A stretch of DNA of 64,000 bases. It comes from the human T2T-CHM13v2.0 reference genome, Homo sapiens. A program made the position numbers and the translations under genes. Below, in pieces: positions 57,608 through 64,000 of the stretch (positions are counted from its first letter, which is position 1; the number at the start of each line of letters is the position of its first letter). The notes under the pieces were generated by a model that was given only the letters and a program-made list of their open reading frames with translations, made no database searches and was not told where the DNA came from. The stretch lies in NCBI RefSeq assembly GCF_009914755.1, contig NC_060927.1. One strand, given 5' to 3'.

Positions 57608-57946
57608 TGTACATGTAGATGCACTGCCCTGATGCCCCTTCAGGACCAAGACAGTCTCCAAGTGCCAGGGATGTGCTTTCCCTGAGAGCTGCCTTGTCTA
57701 AGATTACACCCTTCTCCTGGCATTGCCCACCTCTATTGACTCAATTAGAGTCAACAGCCCTCCAAATGGCTATCTCAGCTCCAGAGCAACTGATAGGGAC
57801 TGCTACGGCCTTTGCTGCAACTACATTACAGTTTGACTTTTCCCTGTGCCTAATCCCACTTCCCTCCCTTTCTGAGAGCACCCTCAATAAACTTCTTGCA
57901 TGTTCATCTCAGAGTCTCAATTTCCCAGGGAACACAACTGAAGACA
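57608..57946 (+). mobile_element. LTR16-type ERVL solo LTR
   Basis: atctcagctccagagc..ggcctttgctgcaactacattacag..gagagcaccctcAATAAActtcttgca..tctcagagtc..agggaac..aagaCA. Confidence 0.75.
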
Positions 57947-58577
57947 TTATCCTTGGCCTACTTCATTGCTCAATAAAAAGCAGCTATTATTCTTTTGGTT
58001 GAATTTTCTAAAATATCCACACTTGTTTTCCATCACAAGAGACTTCCTGACTCTCTTTATGGGTGACATCCTTTCATGGATGGAGAAAAATGGCAAAGAT
58101 ATAAATAACTTAAACTAATTTTTATTTATTATCTAAAGAGTCCTAAACTCTGTACTCTGTTCTCACAGTAATTATCTCCACCACCGATTTACTACTTCTT
58201 TAGTTACCCTAGTTTTAAAGACATAAGAGAGGCACAGGAAATGATAGAATATCCTGTTATAAAATATACATAAAGCTTAGTTTATTCACAATAACTAACT
58301 AATTTTATATAATTTTAGATGCTCAATCTAATACCCAATGCTGAGGGGCACAAGCCTTAGGTATAAGCTTGAAGATTTTAACCATTCAAATCCTATCAAA
58401 GGTAGTCTTACCTTATGGAACCAGTGGGTTGTACAAATGGCACTGGGCAAGGATGCAGAAGGCTTGGGATCTGGTCTCCCCTCTGCCAATAACTCCCTCT
58501 AGGATCGTGGGCAGGTCATTTGCCTTTGCTGGGCCCTACTTCCTTCATCGGCAAAACAAGGAGCTTGTATTAAATGA

Positions 58578-58921
<344 letters not shown>

Positions 58922-59879
58922 CGTCTAAGGTCCTTTCTAGTAAGAAAAACTTATGATTGCTCAAACCTTGTAGGGCTTTTTCCAGGCAACATAAATAAGA
59001 TGTAGAGGGAAAGTGTAATAGCAGAGAAGAAATTAAAAGTGTCATAAATTCAAGTTACCAACTTCCCAAATGTGTATTACAGGACAGACGATTAAGTGAA
59101 TAGGAACTGATTTAATAGTTGTATTTTCCTTTTGCAAGATTTCCATCTAAATCATTGCCTATGTCATTGATTGTCATTTCCTTAATCTGGAGTGTTTGAA
59201 TATATAGTTTGGCAATGCTTTGGACAAGCCATAAGTCAAAGTTAACATTTTTAGAAGTTAACCATGCCCAGGTCTCTGCCTTGGGCAGTGATGTGCTGAA
59301 ATACCAGCATCTATTTGAGCTATTGGAAAGAGGTTATTGATGTCAGTGTGTCATGCACTGTAATTTGCAGGTGCCCCCCTGACTAACCTCTGGTAGCGAT
59401 AACTCAGGGTAAACCTGAGGTAATTATCCTGGCCAGGGAGAGCTGGTTTAACTAGACTGGCCCTTTTGATGCATGTTGAACACGATTGCACCCTAGGGAT
59501 TACACAAGTCCTGTGTGTGAGTTATTACATAAATTCTACCTTGGAAAAAGTAAGAAGGTATGCTGTCAGAATTTTTTTCTTCTCCCAGTCCTTTTGCTTT
59601 CAATGTTTGGGTTCTTCAGTAATGCCTTCACCGTATTTACTTTGAAAATGATACTGCACGTGTTATGGAGTAAAATAGAATAGAAGAAGATATAGATGCT
59701 CCCAAACACACACCTCAGAGGTCTCCCTTCCCAGTGGCTTTTGAAGCATGATTCTGGTTCCGAGTCTTTTGCCTGAGGAAGCGTTTTTTTTTTCAGTGTA
59801 CGAAAGCTGAGGCTTGGTCTAATCTTCACAGGAAGAACTCTCAAGCTTTTGGTACCTCCTTAAGGCTTTATCTTCAATG

Positions 59880-60040
59880 AGACTCACGACTGCAGACCAG
59901 TCACTGAACAATTGTCTGACTCTCAGTTTCCTCATCTATAAAATAAAGATAGATAAACTGGTCCTACCAATCCTCAAGGCCAGAAAAAGGATCCAGCATG
60001 AAGATCACCCCACGAAAGCATTTTAGAAAGCACACAGGAC
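59880..60040 (+). mobile_element. MIR fragment
   Basis: tctcagtttcctcatctataaaataaagat..gaaagcattttagaa. Confidence 0.6.
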
Positions 60041-62864
60041 TCTGGCTTAGATGGGCTTGTTTTATTATTGACTAAACGAATCATCAGCAGTGGTTTTAAT
60101 GAACATACAAAAATGGGGTCTCCAGTTTATAGTCCAAGCTTCACCTCAAAATAAGCCCATAGATCAGAGTCAGGGGTAAACAGAAGCAAGACAGACTCTA
60201 CAAGCCCAGCCCTCCTCTCTCTCTAGAACTGAGCATAGCATTTCTTTTAGGAAAGGATCCACGTCTGCTTCTAGTTTTCACTGGAGCTCACAAAAGGATG
60301 ACACTTATTGATTTTCCCTTATTGATTTCTATTTCAGGGACCAAAAGCCACAAAATAGGATAACGTCTAAAAAATAGTGTGAGTTTGCTTAGAAAGCCCC
60401 CTCAAAATAAATAAGAGATGACTATACCATTCAAGCAAGATTTCTTTTTCCAAAACCCCCACCCCAAGGCTTGTCATTTCAAACTCTACCCCCATAATAA
60501 CAATGATTACATTTGAGAAATATGTTGCGTTTCATTCAGCAGGATCTTCAGCCTTCGGCAAACAAACATTCACTTTGCCAAGGACTGCTGAAGAGCCACT
60601 AATGGAGTGAAACCTGAAAACCCTTTGGAAAAGAATAATGAACCCCACTCTGTCTTCAGGGGGTAATTTAGTAGGTAGCTTAGGCAACACTTGATTAAGA
60701 GTAAACCTCTCTTTTCCATAGAAATATATTGTGTTTGTACAGAAAGCCTATATGAAGTGGAGGATTAGGTCAGAAATCCACAGGAAAAAGCAGAAGATGT
60801 TTCTCAGAAGAAATATGCAAGTTACTGCACATTTGGAAAAACAAGTCATACTTTAGTGGGAGGAAAGAAGAAAAACTCCACATATAACAGTTTTATTTAC
60901 ACGATTGCACTTGGCTTCTTGGAACATTTCTAACAAATAGTTAGTTCCCAAATACATTGCACAGGATGTCTTGTTGCCCCTGACAGTCTATGAGTTACTA
61001 CAAAGAGTAATGATTTTAACTCAAGGCTACCTGAAACTGATTGTCAAATAAGATTTTCTGAGACCGCCTACAGGGGCCTGCTATAGCAAAAGTCGTTTTT
61101 TTGGCTCGCGGAGGATTATAGTGTGAAAGAAAAACAAATGTCAAAATAAATCCCCAAGGAAAGAAAGCACTTCTGTGCTGACCCTCAGTCCTACTCGTCA
61201 ACATTCCTTGTCCTCTGTAGACTAACAAATACTTGAGTATTTCTCTTCGTCTGAAACCATGAACAGAGTCTGAAAAAATTAGATGAGGGTCAGTTCATAT
61301 TTCAACAATGTGATAGGATTTATCCATAACTTAATGGAACTTCCCAATCTCTACCCATCAAGGTAGAAAACTGCAAAACAAATAAATAAAACACTTCACA
61401 GCATTAAAAACAAATCATGATGTTAAATTCTAATAAAAATTTAAACAAATGTGGATTCTCTTTTAAACCTGGGTTAGGATGACCTTTCTCATCTTTTCCA
61501 TATGTTGAAAATGATGGCTGAAATGAAGCCTCCCTAAATCACTCTACACCATGCCTACCAAACAGCCATGGAAAACTAGGAACTAAATAAACTCATTTTG
61601 ACAATGATGAATCTCTTAACTCTGCTGGTCAGGTTTCTTCTAATGGCAGTACTTAGGTAAGTGTACCATAACACATGAACATAGATCACATTTAAAGTAA
61701 CAATTTTAAGCTCAGGGAATTGAAAAAGAAATGAATTTAACTTAGTGGCTTGGAGAGATGAACATTTAGATATGAAGCTTAAAAAATTGCTGCTTAAGAT
61801 ATACACGTCCTTCTGCAAAGAAACAACTTAGCAAACCTTGGGAACTCCATAATGAACTATATGTTTTGCTGAAAGCTATGCATTTTTGAGGTTTATGTTG
61901 TTTGTTACACTTCCTCTGTTAGCTGATTCCAACTCTAATTGGAGGAGGAAAGTAAAGGAAGTCCCCTTCGAAAAAAGATATTGGCTGTACAGGGTTGCAC
62001 AAATTAAAAAATAAAATTGCCTTTCTAGCTTTTTTTTTTAGAATTCTATTAAAAGGACAAGAATAAATGAGAACATTCATTTGCTTTTTAAAATGATCAC
62101 ACTTGGGTTTAACCACGGGCAGAGAAGAAACTTTACGGTTCCCTGGGAACCTATAATTTGGAAACGGAAGCACACAAGAACAGACTTTAGTTTTCAGGCA
62201 ATAAATTGAAGAGAATTCTGCAGACATATAACAGAAAAGGAGCACAAAACATTGGCTTGTGCATTTTTTAGAAAGTTAGTTTATTAACTCGATAAGCTAC
62301 ACATAGAAAAATGCAGCCAAAATCTACAAGGATATCCACTGGGGTTTCAAATTGGTATATTTACTCAGTGAGAAATAGCTAGAGCTTTAAAAAGAAAAAA
62401 ATAAATAAAAATAAAAAAATAAAAAAAAAAGGCATCCCATTCTGGAAATGACGATTTAGTGTGAATCTCTGGAAAGACACCTTGTTGAAAAACCTCCATG
62501 TGGGCTCTGATGGGACACACAGAAGCCCAAAGCCCCAAGGTCAGACATAAATATCATGCCCAATAATCTGTGTTCTGGGAAAAGCTCTACAGAATTATAC
62601 AAGAAAATCACGATCTTTCACATCCACCTTTCACACACAATTCAACATTAACTTGAAGAATGTTTTAATTTTCCTCCTTATTGCCCAAAATGTTTTTTTA
62701 ATGCTTTATTGGGAATTTCCATTTACTGGTGTGTGTTCTATATCTGTATTACTCATCAGTGTAAAATAGTTGCAAAGAATTTGTTGGTTGATACTCCCAA
62801 TGGTCACTGTCTTCTATGACTAAAAGCTCATTATCAGTCTCTCTGGGAGAAAACTCTAGTAACT

Positions 62865-63075
62865 GAAGTCCACATATGTCAGGTACTGTGCTAGATTCTT
62901 TCATAAACCTTATTTTATTTAACCTGCCCAGGGAGGTAAAGATTGTAATCCCCATTTACAGATGAAAAAAGTAAGGGTCAGAGAGATTCTCTGCCATACT
63001 CAAGGCCCTAAGCTAATAATAATAAGGGCCAGTATTTGAACACTGGCCAGTTCAACTCCACGGTTCTGCATCCTT
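62865..63075 (-). mobile_element. MIR
   Basis: tgtcaggtactgtgctag..atccccatttacagatgaaaaaagtaagggtcagagag..tatttgaacact. Confidence 0.75.
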
Positions 63076-63329
63076 CCCTTCCTGTTCTCCTTGTCAATGC
63101 TCCAAAAAAAATGATTTGAGAAGCTAAATCAAGAACATTCCCTATTCCTGTAGATAGTGGTGATTTCCTCTGAGAAACAATAATTCAAGGTATCTTCAAA
63201 CAAAATTGGGACTCAGAACAAATACTAAACTGCCACCTCTTTCCAATGAGTCAAGTTCGGCTAACTAGGGTGTATTCTTAGTCACTTTATTTACACAATG
63301 TAGACCCACTGGGATCAGAGTGCCAGGCC

Positions 63330-63520
63330 ATGCAGCAGAGGCCGCAAGCCAATGGGCAACTCATGTGCACATGTGCTTCACAGGATCCCAGAGTGTTTAA
63401 AAATTCAACTAACTTTCTAAAATCTATAGATTTCACATACAAATTCCCATTTTATGGACTGTCTTGGATAATCGGAGGTCCCATCACCCTAGGCCCACCT
63501 TTACAGCAGTGTTCAACCAG
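63330..63520 (-). mobile_element. MER102-like fragment
   Basis: agatttcacatacaaattcc..tcttggataatcggagg..caccctaggcccac. Confidence 0.5.
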
Positions 63521-63699
63521 AGCTTAGTGGCCACTACTCCCTTAGATGAGTAAGGGTTCTTGAGTTCCCTATAGCTCCCCACCACCCTCAACTATATCCA
63601 CACACTAAGGCCACCTACAGCTGAAATTTTTCATTATGCATATGCTATTTTTCTTATAATAGAGAAATATTTCTCCAGGGCTTGTCTCTTTTGATAGAC

Positions 63700-64000
63700 T
63701 GAATGATTGGCCTCAGTTCTCCACCTCTCCTCGTATCTACTCCCGTACATTTTTGTCTTTGTGAGTCAAGTGAACTTTTCCAATCTGTGACTTGGTCATG
63801 TGCTTTGCTTTGGGCCAATGCCAAGGGTGAAAATCACAATATCAGTTCAAGAGTAGGCCTTATGAGGCCTAGTATGTTTTTGCTCATTCTCTTGTGCTTC
63901 AGCAACTGTCATTAGTTTTCCCTGGGTTGCTGACACCTGGCCTCAGAATGAACACGTGTAACAGAGCTGCCCCAGGCACCACGACAGATGTGCAGTGAGT
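63700..64000 (+). mobile_element. MaLR LTR (MLT1-type) fragment
   Basis: ggtcatgtgctttgctttgggccaatg..ggcctcagaatgaacac..cagagctgcccc. Confidence 0.5.

Overview
Human (primate) genomic DNA, AT-rich and CpG-depleted, lying inside the long neuronal gene ERC2 (CAST/ELKS2, a presynaptic active-zone scaffold), which is transcribed from the minus strand. The window holds one real coding exon (161 nt, 4868->4708, phase 0/2, coiled-coil peptide IEELMNALEKTRQELDATKARL...LEEILEMK). The rest is intron: about 4.7 kb downstream and more than 59 kb upstream. It is filled with Alu, L1, L2, MIR, MaLR/ERVL solo LTRs, hAT-Charlie DNA transposons and microsatellites. Almost all six-frame ORFs are repeat-derived or random. 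I see no convincing new gene or multi-gene system. The best leads are: (1) a twin-primed L1 insertion that splits a MIR and may carry ~300 bp of 3'-transduced DNA; (2) a very young AluYa5 with an expanded linker; (3) Alus bearing microhomology-deletion and template-switch scars; (4) inverted Alu pairs around the exon; (5) a consensus sense-strand 5' splice site next to an antisense Alu (cryptic exon or recursive splice candidate); (6) several motif-dense repeat-free islands that may be enhancers or promoters. Repeat subfamily names come from recalled consensus sequences, and old-repeat boundaries are approximate.
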